NCBI GenBank assembly: GCA_964016885.1
Contig: OZ024740.1
Coordinates: 343,046,001-343,110,000 of the forward strand
Direction of reading: 5' to 3'
DNA: 64,000 nucleotides
Origin: Eledone cirrhosa
Taxonomy: Eukaryota
Positions 43,238-57,328 of the stretch are shown in pieces. The notes beneath the pieces were generated by a model. It worked only from the letters and a program-made list of their open reading frames with translations. It searched no databases and was not told where the DNA came from. Made by a program: the position numbers and the translations under genes. Numbering within the stretch: the first letter of the stretch is position 1; each line of letters begins with the position of its first letter.

Positions 43238-46200
43238 ATGGCTATGCTAAGAGTAGGCTGTCTAAATGCGCGTGGCCTGGGCTCAACTTGGAAGCAAGCA
43301 ATGCTTCTAAATGACCTCAGGTCACAACGTATAGATGTGATGGTTATTTGCGAGGCCCGGATCAGCAACGTGTGACAGCTGGCCCCCACCTTTGATGACT
43401 TTGAGATGCCTGCATCTCTCTGTCAGCCCGGAGGTGGAGATGGGGTTGTCGTTCTGCTGCAAAAACATCTGGGTCTCGCAACACAGACGGTACATTTGGA
43501 CCCGGAGGGTGGACTAGTGGTTCTAGACCTTGGCAGTGGTGAAGGCGGAGCGTTTAGGTTGGTAGCCGTCTACGGCCCTTTCGGGTCAATGCGGCTGGAC
43601 TTCTTCCATCGTCTGAAGACTTTTCTAGGTGCACGCTGGGACTACGTAGGGGCCTGTCCCGATAGAGAGGGGTGTAATAGCTTCAAAGAGTTAATCGGTC
43701 GATTTGACCTGGCCGATAGATATCGACTAGATTTTCCGACTGCGCCAACCTGGACTTGGGCAAACCATAGCAGATCATCTAGGTCGTACCTAGATAGGTT
43801 CTTAGTTAGAAATAAGGATAAGGACTTTTTAAGTTGTCCAATAATGCGCATGGTTGGCTATTCAGACCACAAGTTAGTGACCTGCATGGTCAACCTTGAC
43901 AGACCGCATAGACAGGGACCCGGTTACTGGAAGCTCAACTTGTCCTTACCGACAAGTAAGGCTTACAGGGACCGGATTAGCACTTTAGTTAAGGAGCTGT
44001 TGACGGGCGCCATCGTCAACAGCAGGTGGTGGGGATCTCTCAAAAGAGAGATTAGAGTAGTCTCTATAGAATTTAGTAAGGAGTTAGCCTCAAATAGAAA
44101 TAGGAAGGAAAGGGAGTTGGTAGATAGTGTAGAAGAGGTAATTAGAAGCGGCGACGTGGCCAGAGTGCTAGCGTCGAGAACGGCTCTGGGCCAGTTCTTC
44201 GACGCGAAACACGAAGGCTGCTTCGTCCGAAGCAAAATACGTGCTCTGGGAAACGAGGGGACCAAAGCTGTTAGCTGGGCCCGCTTGACAGAAGCCAAAA
44301 GAGGGAGTAGATCCACTATCCGGTCTTTGCGAGACCAGGATGGACGGGTGATCTTTGAGCCTAAGCAGATGTGCGAGGCTTTTCAAAAGCACTTTGCCAG
44401 ATTGTTCGGAAGGGGCGGGAGCCGGTTGGGGAAGTGGACTTCGGTCCATACCTCGACGGCCTGCCGCATCTCTCGGACAAGGAGGCGAAGTCCTGCGAGG
44501 ACCGATTTCAGCCGCTGAGATAGAGGACGTGCTGAGCCAATGCGGCAAACGCAAATCCCCGGGTCTCGATGGTCTTCCATACGAACTATATCTAGCTATG
44601 CCGGACTTGTTCCCGATCTCCTTGAGGCGGTCTACTGCAACTGGCAACAGAACGGGAGAATTCCCTGTGCTGTGACCAAGGGCGTAGTCACGCTAGTGAG
44701 GAAGGACGAGAACAAGGGGGACGATATAAATAATTCCAGGCCCATAACTCTGCTAAATACAGAGTTACAGATTTTGGCGAAGGTGCTAGCAAAGAGGTTG
44801 GCGCTTGTCGTGGGAAACCTGGTGGGAGATGCGCAGACATGTGCTATTCCGTCCAGGTCCATCCACGACAACCTCCACCTCATGCGATACATCATAGAGA
44901 GGGTTGGGAACGAACCCGGCTTTGGTGGGGCCCTGATCAACTTGGATCAATCTAAGCCGTTCGATAGGGTCGACCATGGTTACCTGGATGCGGTGCTAGC
45001 GGCGGCAGGCTTCGGACCCGCTTTCAGGGGTTGGATCAATGCCATGCACAGCAGCCGCATCTGCTCTAGGGTCAAGGTGAATGGCTACATCTCGGAGCCG
45101 TTCGAAATCGCGCGGTCCACCCGACAAGGGTGCCCTCTCTCCTCCCTTCTGTATGTAATGACTCTAGAGCCACTGCTGCGGAAGTTGGAGTTGTTGCAGG
45201 GCATCCCGTTGGAACCGGGTTTGCGGAAAGCGGTGTCGGCCTACGCGGATCACGTAACAGTAATGGTGTCGACGGCCTCGGAAATCGGGGCGATCGGCAC
45301 CTTACTGGAGGAGTACGAAAGGTTTACAGGGGCTAAGCTGAACCGGGACAAGTCGATCGGTCTGCAACTCGGCACGTGGAGGGGCAGATCGATGCCCTCC
45401 GATGGCGTCGTCGGGCGCTGGACGGAGGGCCTGGTGAAGTTGCTCGGGGTCTGGTTCGGACCAGACCTCCAGGTGGAGAAGAACTAGGGTGAGGTAACGA
45501 ACAGGGTGTTTGCACTGACCCAGAAGTGGGCCGAGTGCAAACTGTCCCTGAAAGGTCGGGCGGAGGTGGCGAACACTTATATAGCGTCCGTCATCTACTA
45601 CCGCCTGACCGTTGTGCCTTGTCCAAGGGAAACACTCGCCAAAATGGAGCGCGCACTCTTCCAATTCCTTTGGAAGAAGCGGGCTCCTATGGTGAGGAGA
45701 TCCATCTGCTGTCAACACCCTTCGAAAGGAGGGCTGGGAATGCCGTGGCTAATGATACGTAAACACGCATTAAGGCTACGGCACCTCCAGGTATACCTCA
45801 CCGGTCAACCGGTGTGGGCCCCGTTTGTGAGGCGAGCCTTTCCCAGACTCGTCTCACTCACCAAGCTGCAATCCTGGGTCAAGCAAAGACCGAGAAAACT
45901 GGGCGCCTGGCACACCGAGTGTGCCCAGGCGCTCACGGCTCTCTGGCAGGCGGACCCGGCTGTCAGTGGAAAATCGACCTCGTCATTCTATAGAGGGCTG
46001 GTGGTTAGCAGGTGCGACGACGCCCCCGGAGAAGCCCTAGGCATGTAGGAAGACGAACTGGCCAACCTGTTTGGTAGGATATTCAGCCCGGGACCCATGG
46101 ATAACTTCCAGAGGTCCCTGGCCTGGCAGTACTACCAAGGGGCTCTGCCCGTTCGAGAAAGGCTCTACAGACACGGGCGCCCGGGTAGGGACCCCTCGAA

Positions 46201-46624
46201 AAAGATCTGTCCCAGATGCGTGTGCGACGAGGAATCCGTTGCACACGCATTGGTACACTGCTCGGGCATTGCTGATCTGTGGGGCTATGTCGAACAACTG
46301 CTGTCAAGGGTGGGACCGATCCGGTTGACCACCGAGTCTATTGTAACGATCAAGCCGCCTCCCCTCTTCAAAAACGAAGGAGAGGCGGTGTTTCTGTGCG
46401 TAATAGCCATGGCGAAAGAGGTTGTATGGTGGACGCGTCTGAAAGGACTGAGGTCAGACACCTTTCTCTCTGGCCAACAACTGGTCCGTTTCTTCCGATA
46501 TCATTTCGGAAGAAGGATCAGGATGGAGAGAGAAGTGCTGCACCCCAGCCGTTTTTATGAAAGATGGGTGAAAGTGGCGAGAATGGCCCGTGTGAATGGG
46601 CCTTCACTCTACATCAGACTATAG
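43238..46624 (+). pseudogene. Tx1/L1 ORF2 (APE endonuclease, reverse transcriptase, C-terminal CCHC), disrupted
   Basis: MAMLRVGCLNARGL start; SYLDRFLV, SDHK, YWKLN; KSPGLDGLPYE, RPITLLNTE, LDQSKPFDRVDH, RQGCPLS, YADH (mutated YADD); CPRC...H...C; several stops and frameshifts. Confidence 0.93.
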
Positions 46625-46900
46625 GTGAGGAAGATGAAAGATCAAGGGAGCACTCCCTCTCTGTGCTCCTGAGGAGAAGGGTTGCACACTTTTTTCGGGG
46701 GTGTGTGCGACCCCCAAGGCGCCTCCTCCCTATTGAGGATTTTGTTATTAAATTTATTTTGTTATATTTTATTTTATTTTTATATCTTGTTATTGCCTCC
46801 TCCTTATTGAGGACGCCTTTTTATGTAAACTCCCCCCTTTGTACTTGTCCCACTTTTTTATGTCCTGGTGGCAAATAAAAAGAAAGTTATCTATCTATCT

Positions 46901-46971
46901 CTGTATGTAAAATCCCCGGCATGTCTTTGTATTGTCCCCTTTTCTTGTGCGCCCTTGTGGCTAATAAAGAA
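46901..46971 (+). mobile_element. Tx1 3'-UTR-only insertion (~70 bp)
   Basis: TGTATGTAAA...CCCTTGTGGCTAATAAAGAA between two (ATCT)n tracts. Confidence 0.8.
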
Positions 46972-47015
<44 letters not shown>

Positions 47016-47452
47016 CTGAAAGAGGTTATATGGTGGACGAGGTTAAAAGGGGTGAGGTCAGACACCTTTCTCTCCGGCGAGCAACTGATTCGTTTTTTCA
47101 AATATCATTTTGGAAGAAGAATCAGGATGGAGAGAGAGATACTGTACCCCAGCAAATTTTATAAAAGGTGGGTGAATGTGGCAAAGATGGCCCGAGTGGT
47201 TGGGCCTTCTCTCTATATAAGCCTGTAGATTGAGGAAAAAGAGGAAGAGAGGAGGGGAGTACTCACTCTTGGTGCTCCTGGAGATGAGGGTTGTACATTT
47301 TTTCGGGGTGTGTACAACCCCTGTGTAACGTCTCCCCCCTATTGGCGATATCAATTGTTATTTGTTATTTTATTAATAGTTTTATACCTCTATGTAAACT
47401 CCCCATTTGTATTTGTCCCATTCTTTTGTGCCCTTGTGGCTAATAAAGAAAT

Positions 47453-47454
<2 letters not shown>
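47016..47454 (+). mobile_element. Tx1 5'-truncated copy (~440 bp)
   Basis: Homologous to 46413-46888 and 49801-50250; flanked by (ATCT)n. Confidence 0.9.
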
Positions 47455-47527
<73 letters not shown>

Positions 47528-50251
47528 GGCAATTAGAAGTGGCAACGTAGCCAGCGTGCTAGCAACGAGAACGGCCTTGGACCAGTTCTTCGACGCAAAG
47601 CACGAGGGCTGCGTTGTCAGAAGCAAAATACGTGCTCTGGGAAACGAGGGAGCCAAAGCTGTTAGCTGGGCCCGAGTGACGGAGGCAAAAAGTGGCAACA
47701 AGTCCACGATTCGGTCTTTGAAGGACCAAAACGGACGCGTGATACGTGAGCCGAAGCAGATGTGTGCGGCTTTTCAGCGGCACTTTGCTCGGCTGTTCGG
47801 GGGGAGCGGCGCGCCGGGAGAGGCTATAGATTTCGGTCCATACCTCGACGGCCTACCGCGACTCTCGGACAGCGAGGCGAAGTTCCGCGAAAAGCCGATT
47901 TCAGCCACTGAGATAGGGGACGCGCTGAGCCAATGCGGCAAACGCAAATCTCCAGGTCTCGACGGTCTACCCTACGAATTTTACGTAGCAATGCCGGACT
48001 TATTCTCCGGTCTCCTGGAAGCGGTCTACTGCAACTGGCAACAGAACGGGAGAATTCCCAGTTCTGTAACCGGGGGCGTGGTCACACTAATCAGGAAGGA
48101 CGAGAATAAGGGGGATGACATAGGCAACTTCCGGCCCATAACTCTGCTAAACACAGAGTTACAGATTTTGGCCAAGGTGTTGGCAAAGAGGCTGGCGCTT
48201 GTCGTCGAGAACCTGGTGGGAGAAGCGCAGACATGCGCGATCCCGACCAGGTCCATACACGACAACCTCCACCTCATGCGATACATCATAGAGAGGGTAG
48301 GGTGTAAACCCGGCTTCGGTGGGGCCCTGATCAACTTGGATCAGTCTAAGGCTTTCGATAGGGTTGACCATCGTTACCTGGATGCGGTGCTCGAGGCGGC
48401 AGGCTTCAGACCCGTGTTCAGGGGCTGGATTGCTGCAATGCACAACAGCAACATCTGCTCAAGGGTCAAGGTGAACGGCTACCTCTCGGAGCCGTTCCAT
48501 ATTACGCGATCCATTCGACAGGGATGCCCTCTCTCCTCCCTTCTGTACGTACTGACTCTCGAGCCACTACTGCGGAAGCTGGAGCTATTGCAGGGCATCC
48601 CTCTGGAACCGGGACTGCGGAAAGCGGCGTCGGCCTACGCCGACGACGTGGCAGTAATGGTGTCGAGCGCCTCGCAAATCGAGGAAGTCGGCACCTTACT
48701 AAAGGAATACGAAAGTCTCACAGGAGCGAAGCTGAACCGGGACAAGTCCATCGGTTTGCAACTCGGATCGTGGAGAGGCAGACCGATCCTTCCGTCGTCG
48801 GACGCTGGACGGAAGGACCGGTAAAGCTGCTCGGGGTCTGGTTTGGTCCGGACCTCCAGGTGGAGAAGAACTGGAACGAAGTGACGGCCAAGGTGTTTGC
48901 ACTCACCCAGAAGTGGGCCGAGTGCAAACTATCCTTGAAAGGTCGAGCGGAGGTGGCGAACACTTTTATAGCGTCCGCCATCTACTACCGCTTGACCGTC
49001 GTGCCTTGTCCAGCCAAAACGCTCGCCAATATGGAGCGCGCGCTCTTCCGATTCCTTTGGAAGAGGCGGGCTCCTTTGGTGAGAAGATCCATCTGCTGCC
49101 AACACCCTTCTAACGGAGGGCTGGGGATGCCGTGGTTGACGATGCGCAAACACGCGCTCAGGCTGCGGCATCTCTACGTATTCCTCACCAGACAACCGGT
49201 GTGGGCCCCGTTCGTGAGGCGAGCCTTCCCACGACTCGTCTCGCTGACCGAGCTGCAGTCCTGGGTCAAGCAGAGACCGAGGAAAATGGGCGACTGGCAC
49301 ATCGAATGTGCTCAGGCGCTCACAGCCCTCTGGCAGGCGGACCCGGCGATCAGTGGAGACTCCACTTCGTCATTCTATAGAGGGTTGGTCCGCAGCAAGT
49401 GCGACGACGCGCTCGGTGAAACTCTGGGCGTAGAGGAAGATGAACTGGCCAGTCTGTTCGGTAGGACCTTCCGCCCAGGACCGATGGACAACTTCCAAAA
49501 GTCCCTCGCCTGGCAGTGCTACCGAGGAGCTCTACCAGTTCGAGACAAGCTCTACAGACATGGGCGCCCGGGCAGGGACCCTGCAAAAAAGATCTGTCCA
49601 AGGTGCGTGCGAGACGAAGAAACCGTCGCGCACGCATTCATACACTGCCCGGGCGTCACTGAACTCTGGGGCTATGTAGAACGACTATTGTCGCGGGTGG
49701 GACCAATCCAGTTGACCACCGAGTCCATTGTCATGATCAAACCGCCACCCTCCTTCAAAAACGAAGGAGAGGCGGTTTTCCTTTGTGTGATAGCTATGGC
49801 GAAAGAGGTTGTATGGTGGACAAGGTTGAAAGGGCTGAGGTCAGACACCTTTCTCTCCGGCCAACAACTGATTCTTTTTTTCAAATACCACTTTGGAAGA
49901 AGAATCAGGATGGAGAGAGAGGTGCTGTACTCCAGCAAGTTTTATGAAAGGTGGGTGAAAGTGGCGAGAATGGCCCGAGTGAATGGGCCTTCTCTCTATA
50001 TCAGCCTGTAGGTTGAGGAAAAGGAGGAGGAGAGGAAAGGAGTACAAGCTCTTCGTACTCCTGGAGATGAGGGTTGCACATTTTTTTTCGGGGGTATGTG
50101 TTACCCATATAAACTGTCTCCCTCTATTGGGGAAAATCGACTAACTTTTAAATTCCATCTGTGATAACATTTTACACGTTTTTATTGTATGTAAACTTCC
50201 CCCTTTGTATTTGTCCCCTTCTTTTGTGCCCCTGTGGCTAATAAAGAAATA

Positions 50252-50252
<1 letters not shown>
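47528..50252 (+). mobile_element. Tx1 5'-truncated copy (2.7 kb) with near-intact RT and C-terminus
   Basis: ORFs 47556-48824 and 48524-50011 joined by one frameshift near 48790; LDQSKAFDRVDH, YADD intact; flanked by (ATCT)n. Confidence 0.95.
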
Positions 50253-50318
<66 letters not shown>

Positions 50319-50479
50319 TTTCACATACATACAAACAAAAACAGACACATATATGTATGTGACTTTATATACATAAATACAAAGATAATTCCAAAAGGTT
50401 AGCATGTAATAAGTGCATATACATACATGTAGACCTACAAATATACATGTGTGTACATACACATAATTAGCAACATACA

Positions 50480-51625
50480 GATCCACACGTGTAATGACGT
50501 CATGCATGCATACATACACACATACATAGAAACATAATGCATGCATGTATATATACATATATACATACATAGATACATAGAAACATAATACATGCATGCA
50601 TACATACGTAATACATACATGTTTATATACATACGTACATAATACATACATGTATATATACATATATACATACATAGATACATAGAAACATAATACATGC
50701 ATACATACGTAATACATACATGTTTATATACATACGTACATAATACATACATGTATATATACATATATACATATATACATAGAAACATAATACATGCATA
50801 CATTACGTAATACATACATGTTTATATACATACGTACATAATACATACATGTATATATACATATATACATACATAGAAACATAATACATGCATGCATACA
50901 TACGTAATACATACATGTTTATATACATACGTACATAATACATACATAGAAACATAATACATGCATGCATACATACGTAATACATACATGTTTATATACA
51001 TACGTACATAATACATACATAGAAACATAATACATGCATGCATACATACGTAATACATACATGTTTATATACATACGTACATAATACATACATGTATATA
51101 TACATATATACATACATAGAAACATAATACATGCATGCATACATACGTAATACATACATGTTTATATACATACGTACATAATACATACATGTATATATAC
51201 ATATATACATACATAGATACATAGAAACATAATACATGCATACATACGTAATACATACATGTTTATATACATACGTACATAATACATACATGTATATATA
51301 CATATATACATACATAGATACATAGAAACATAATACATGCATGCATACATACGTAATACACACATGTTTATATACATACGTACATAATACATACATGTAT
51401 ATATACATATATACATACATAGATACATAGAAACATAATACATGCATACATTACGTAATACATACATGTTTATATACATACGTACATAATACATACATGT
51501 ATATATACATATATACATATATACATAGAAACATAATACATGCATGCATACGTAATACATACGTACATAATACATACATGTATATATACATATATACATA
51601 CATACATAATACATACATACATTAT
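50480..51625. repeat. Complex ~70-105-bp minisatellite built from (TACA)n variants
   Basis: Recurrent CATAGAAACATAATACATGC...TACGTAATACATACATGTTTATATACATACGTACATAA blocks. Confidence 0.9.
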
Positions 51626-51632
51626 ATACACG

Positions 51633-51892
51633 ATGGCTGCAAACTCTGCTAAGAGTATTGCAATCATTTGTCAGATTACAGAAAATGGTGCTCTTTTAGG
51701 GCACGGCCATTCACACGAACCTGTAACATAACCTCAACAAACAATACCTGTGTTTTTAAAGTGGGGAAAGGCCTTGCACTCGACCAATCCCACTTTCTGA
51801 GCATCGAAAACACTACCCGAAAAGGAGAACTGGTCAACATCATCGGATGTTTCCGAAGCCGCAGGTTTTTTTTCAGAGTTTCCCGCTCTTAG
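51633..51892 (-). mobile_element. Diverged relative of the RTE-derived element at 575-933
   Basis: Minus strand CTAAGAGCGGGAAACTCTGA...GATGATGTTGAC..., ending GCAATACTC...GAGTTTGCAGCCATC followed by TATG-rich tail. Confidence 0.6.
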
Positions 51893-51914
51893 AAAGGTGT
51901 TGTGATAACAACTG

Positions 51915-52240
51915 GGAGCAGTCGATTAAATCGACCCCAGTGCATTACTGGTGCTTTATTTATCGACCTCGTAAGGATGAAAGGTAAAGCTAATCTCGGC
52001 GGGATTTGAACTAGAGCCAGAACAAATAATAATTTATAATAACAAGGCCAGCAATTTTGAGGGAGGGGGAAGTCGATTAGATCGACCCCAGTGCGTGACT
52101 GGTACGTTATTTTATCGACCCCGTAAGGATGAAAAGCAAAGTGAACCTCGGCGGGATTTGAACTCAGATCATAAAGGGCCATATCTCTGTGCTGCAAAGC
52201 ATGGCACCCGACTCTCTACCGATACTGCCAATCCACCGCC
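51915..52240 (-). mobile_element. Two adjacent tRNA-headed SINE copies
   Basis: Two family cores at 51915-52015 and 52040-52240. Confidence 0.85.
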
Positions 52241-52668
52241 ATTGAGCCAGAACAAATAATATGAAGCATTATATCTGGTTTTATAACGAGTCTTCACTTC
52301 GTCATAGACACAAACGCAGCAATAGTCATAGGCACGAAATACGCAGTTGAAAGACTAAAGCTGAGTGATAGCAACTAGTTAAACGGTAATACATACAGGA
52401 AAAGAAAACCAAAAAAACTTCAGACCGATTATCTAAACACCTTTGATATAGAAACTGTCAATATCTTTTGTGCAAATTTCTAAAATTTCTCACTCAACAT
52501 AGAAACATTAGAACAACATAGAAAGACAGAAATAACGAAAGGAAGAAAGGAAGAAACAATGAAAAAGAACATATAAAAGGACTAACAAAAATAAAGAAAT
52601 ATACAATAATAAAATGAATTATCTGAAAAATAAAAAACGATCACCCCAAAACAAACGAAAACAATGAA

Positions 52669-52744
<76 letters not shown>

Positions 52745-52921
52745 GAATAAAGTTAGTCCTTCATCAGTGATCTTCCAACCATCACTGGTATTTCATCGCT
52801 TTAAAGACCATATACCTCCGGTATATATATATACACACACACACAGAGGCACACACACACAAAACACACATATATATATATAAATATATACATATATATA
52901 TACATATATATGTATATGATA

Positions 52922-52970
<49 letters not shown>

Positions 52971-53000
52971 ATATTAATAATAATAATAATAATAATGATA

Positions 53001-53033
<33 letters not shown>

Positions 53034-53093
53034 TATAAATACATATACATATACATATATATATATAATGTATATATATATACGCACATATAT

Positions 53094-53248
<155 letters not shown>

Positions 53249-53556
53249 CACCAACGGAATTGTTGAAAAGAGAATAGATTACAAACCTTGCTTCAAAAAC
53301 TGAGAAGTATTTCCTTGTTATACACAATGTGGAATTTCACTTTAAACGAAAATAAGCTGAATATTTTTCGTTGATTAGTATAGTGTAAAAAATGTCAACT
53401 CCCATCAGCCCACCCTTCCTTGTAGATTCCATAAAGCATGCGCTAACTGTGGGGCCTCATAGTAGTGGCCCAGCCAGGTAGAAATAGCAGCTAAATGTTC
53501 CTTGAATCATACCATGTCATCTTAATAGAAAGAACCACACATTGGTCAATATAGTT

Positions 53557-53650
<94 letters not shown>

Positions 53651-54239
53651 TAAAATAACAGATTAAAGTTTAAGCAAAGAATCGCTGCTTTCACCCTTAA
53701 CGGGATCTTCTGAAACTAAAAAAGTTAATCTGTGAACGCAGAAGTAAATATTTCAAAAAACGTTGCTCTACGGTTCTTATATATTTGATATATATTTATC
53801 CTTATCGAGCCCTCTTTGGATTTTAGTCTTCAAATTTATTATTATTACTATTATATATATATATAAGTATGTACACGTACATACATATATGTATACAGAC
53901 GTACAGTAGTATGTATATTTATATACATACATGCACACATATATATATATGTACGTATGGATTCACCGAACATTTATTATAATGCTCGGTGTGTTTGTAA
54001 ACAAACATCCCGTATTAAGCCGTAGTGTCTAGCAACCATCGTTGCTCGTTTGTTCAACACTGACAAAGGAACGCTGTACTAGTTTCAAGCTTATTAGCTA
54101 TCGTCAGCAACGTATACATTCCTGCCAGATTGTTGAACAATCTGGCAGGAAGGTATACGTATTTTTAATTGACTTTTCGATTGGTATCTTTTATCACTCT
54201 TTCGTAAAAGGCTACAGCCCCCCCCCCCCTCGGCGCCCG

Positions 54240-54960
54240 TCTGATCTCCAATTTTAGAAGTGGTTGGGGTGAAACTCTTGTGAGGAGAGAGGACGGAGGA
54301 GAGCATGTTGTTGTTGCTGCTGTGGGTTATTCTTTCTTTTTTTCTATGTCTCCCTCCTTATCCTCCTCTATTGTAGCTGAAGAAAGGAATTTCTCAGTTT
54401 CCTTGATACCTCATGAAGAGGAGGATGGAGCAATTTTCTCATATATTCCTAAAGTTAAGACCGGTGTAGTCTTTGGAGTAACCCTACACTTGATTTGTTG
54501 CTGTTGTTCTTTTCCTGTTTTTGAAATTTCTAAGCTGAATGCTCTCAAATGACTTTTACTTTCGTATGTGTAGCAGCTGAGATTCTGCCTTCATGTTTGG
54601 TCTGAAGGCTCTCCTCACGGCACTACGACAGGTTTGTTTTGTCGTTTGGCGAGGTCATGAGGACCTGTATATCCATGGTGACTCCATTCAACCACACATC
54701 ACAGAAAGTTATATCGACACTGATACCCTCCACTTATTACGCCACAAACGTAACTACCAGAAAGAGGCCAACATTGTCACCAATGTTTCTTCGGTTTCCT
54801 TCATCCCAAACATTGTAAGACTAGTTTATGGGCATCATAATATATAGGATTGTGCTTCCGTGCCACCCTCAGTTTTGAAGATGATACATATCGTACCTTA
54901 TCCTCTACTTCCCCCAAATGATAGATATTTCATTCAATGTGTCTGTTGTGAACGCTGCCT
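54240..54960 (-). mobile_element. Highly degraded Tx1/L1 ORF1-like remnant
   Basis: Minus strand EGR..SCYTYESKSHLRA resembles EGRRPSCYLCGARGHPRA; upstream GTICIIFKTE; frameshifted. Confidence 0.4.
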
Positions 54961-55884
54961 CCGGCTGGCCATTGCCTTGACAAAGCACAAATATGTCACT
55001 TTTTTCGTTTTCTTTCGTGATTGGGTAGAGAGGCGATGACCATTTTTTTGTCCTTTCGAAAAAAATGTTTCTTGTTGCATATATACTTTCAAACAATTGG
55101 TTTTGGCCTGGGTTTGAAGCATTTTCGTTTGACAATGTACGTAACGTACTCAATGTACGAAACCTACTCAATGTACTCAATGTACTCAACGTATGCAATG
55201 TACACGAGCGTTATTGTTGTTATTGTCAAATTTATATTTTTTTCTTTTTGTTAAATATCTTCATTTTTTCATTTCTGTAGTTAAAAAGTCACTTTGTTTA
55301 GTGATATTTGTTTTAGCTTTTATTTTAATGTGTACGATAGAATTATTTTGAGGGACTGTGCCCACACAGAAGGACGTCATTACAAAATTTAAAGCTCTGC
55401 TGCCTTCATATAAAAACAAATGAATGTTAGAATATCTAGAAGAAAATCTAAGGAATTATACCAAACTAGCTTTTAAATTAAACACATAAGCAATGTAGTC
55501 ACCAAGAGAAATTTTGCAAGGCGGTACAAGACCCCTTTGGGGCCCAAAGCAGGCAAAAATGTTTCTCAAAATGGATGTTGCATGGTTGCTGTGGGGCCTT
55601 CTTAGCTCTTGGGCCCCGGATGGATGTACCGGCTGGATGTATCGGCTGGATGCCCCCCTCTCATAAGCCCTGGTCATCACCCATCTGTAGTTTAAATGTT
55701 CAACTGGAATAATACAACAGCCCTTCTACAAAGACATTAACAGGTTCCCTATTAGGATAGTCATAGGTAGGTTATAGAAAGAATCATTGTTTTCCAAGGT
55801 ATGCTTTAAACTTTTTGATAAAAAAAGAAACTCTTAATGTACTTCTCAAACTATGAACATGAAAACGTCGGTTTATAGCTTTAT

Positions 55885-56420
55885 TTTAGTAATGAAAGTC
55901 AAAGTTGACCTCAGCAGGATTCAGACTCAGAACGTAAAGAACCGGAACAAATACTATTAAGCATTTGTCTGAGGCTCTGACGACCCAGCCAATCCAGAGC
56001 CCTTTCTAACTATTAAAAGAACATTTGGGGAAAGGGAAAATTAATTATAAGTACCTCAGTACTAAACTAGTATTTTATTACTTCAACTTCAGAAGTATGA
56101 AAACCTCGACAGGATTTGAAACCAGAACATAGAAAGTTGTAACTAAATGCGGTAAAGCAATTTATCGGACGTTCTACCGATATTACCAGCCCACCACCTT
56201 AGAACAACAACAATAATAATGGTTTTTGATTTAAACAAAATGTCAGCAGTTTTGAGAAAAGTTGGTTGAAAGTCGATTCCATCGACCCCAGTACTTGACT
56301 GGTGCTTTATTTTATTGACACCGAAAAGCTGAAATTTGAATACAGAACTTAAAAAGCCAGAACGAATACCGCAAAGCATTTTGACCTACGCTCTAACGAT
56401 TTTGTCGCTCTACCACCCAA
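55885..56420 (-). mobile_element. Three diverged tandem SINE copies
   Basis: Repeated GGATTTGAA(C)TCAGAAC B-box complements and core remnants. Confidence 0.65.
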
Positions 56421-56880
56421 ACTATAATTATGATAAAAAAACCGAGGAAAATGCAAAAACATAATTTTCATTTGCGTTTGTGCACAACACAAAAGGCATA
56501 CAACAGTAAAATGTTGCTACATTACTTATAGCACAAAAACGTAACACAATTTCTTTAACTTGGTTTTTGCTGTAAAAACAACAGGAGAAAATAAATACGA
56601 TTTTATGTGGCTAAAATTTGGAAATAATTATATTTCTTTTTACTATTCATTGATTTTAACTAAAAAAAAAAAAACAAAGCCCAAGAAAAGAAAGCAAAAG
56701 AAAGGAAAACACCTATAGGGAAATACATCAACTACAAATGTCATAAATTGATCCTTTATTTCAGACAGTTCCTTCTCGAATGAAGCTGAGTCAGAGAAGC
56801 TGAAATTTGTACTCTCACTTTTCACATCGTTAAAACGAAAATTCGATATGCGAACGATATATATATATAAATATATATAT

Positions 56881-56957
<77 letters not shown>

Positions 56958-57062
56958 TGTGTGCGTGTGTGTGTGAGTGTGTGTATGAGTGTGTGTGTTT
57001 GTGACTGTGGGGGGATTATTGATGCGTACATTCCCTGTATGATGTCTGTTATATATATATGT

Positions 57063-57114
<52 letters not shown>

Positions 57115-57291
57115 CACATATATATATATATATATACACACATATATATATATATATATATGTACACACACGTGTGTGTGCGTGTGTGTGTGTATCTGTG
57201 AGTGTTGTTTGTGTGCGTATGCATATATGCGTGTGCATGTAGTAGTGAGTATATATACATATATATATATATACTCACTACTACACACACA

Positions 57292-57328
<37 letters not shown>

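Larger units (their letters stand above)
41213..46888 (+). mobile_element. Full-length degenerate Tx1/L1-clade non-LTR retrotransposon inserted in (ATCT)n
   Basis: 5' UTR, ORF1 with zinc knuckle, ORF2 APE-RT-CCHC, 3' UTR with AATAAA; (ATCT)n on both sides. Confidence 0.93.

Noticed and set aside
55500-55675. hAT-like terminal sequence (...CCCCCCTCTCATAAGCCCTG)
   Set aside because: No matching opposite terminus or TSD identified
56765-56860. Possible plus-strand exon after TTTATTTCAG (SSFSNEAESEKLKF...)
   Set aside because: No convincing donor or recognisable protein similarity
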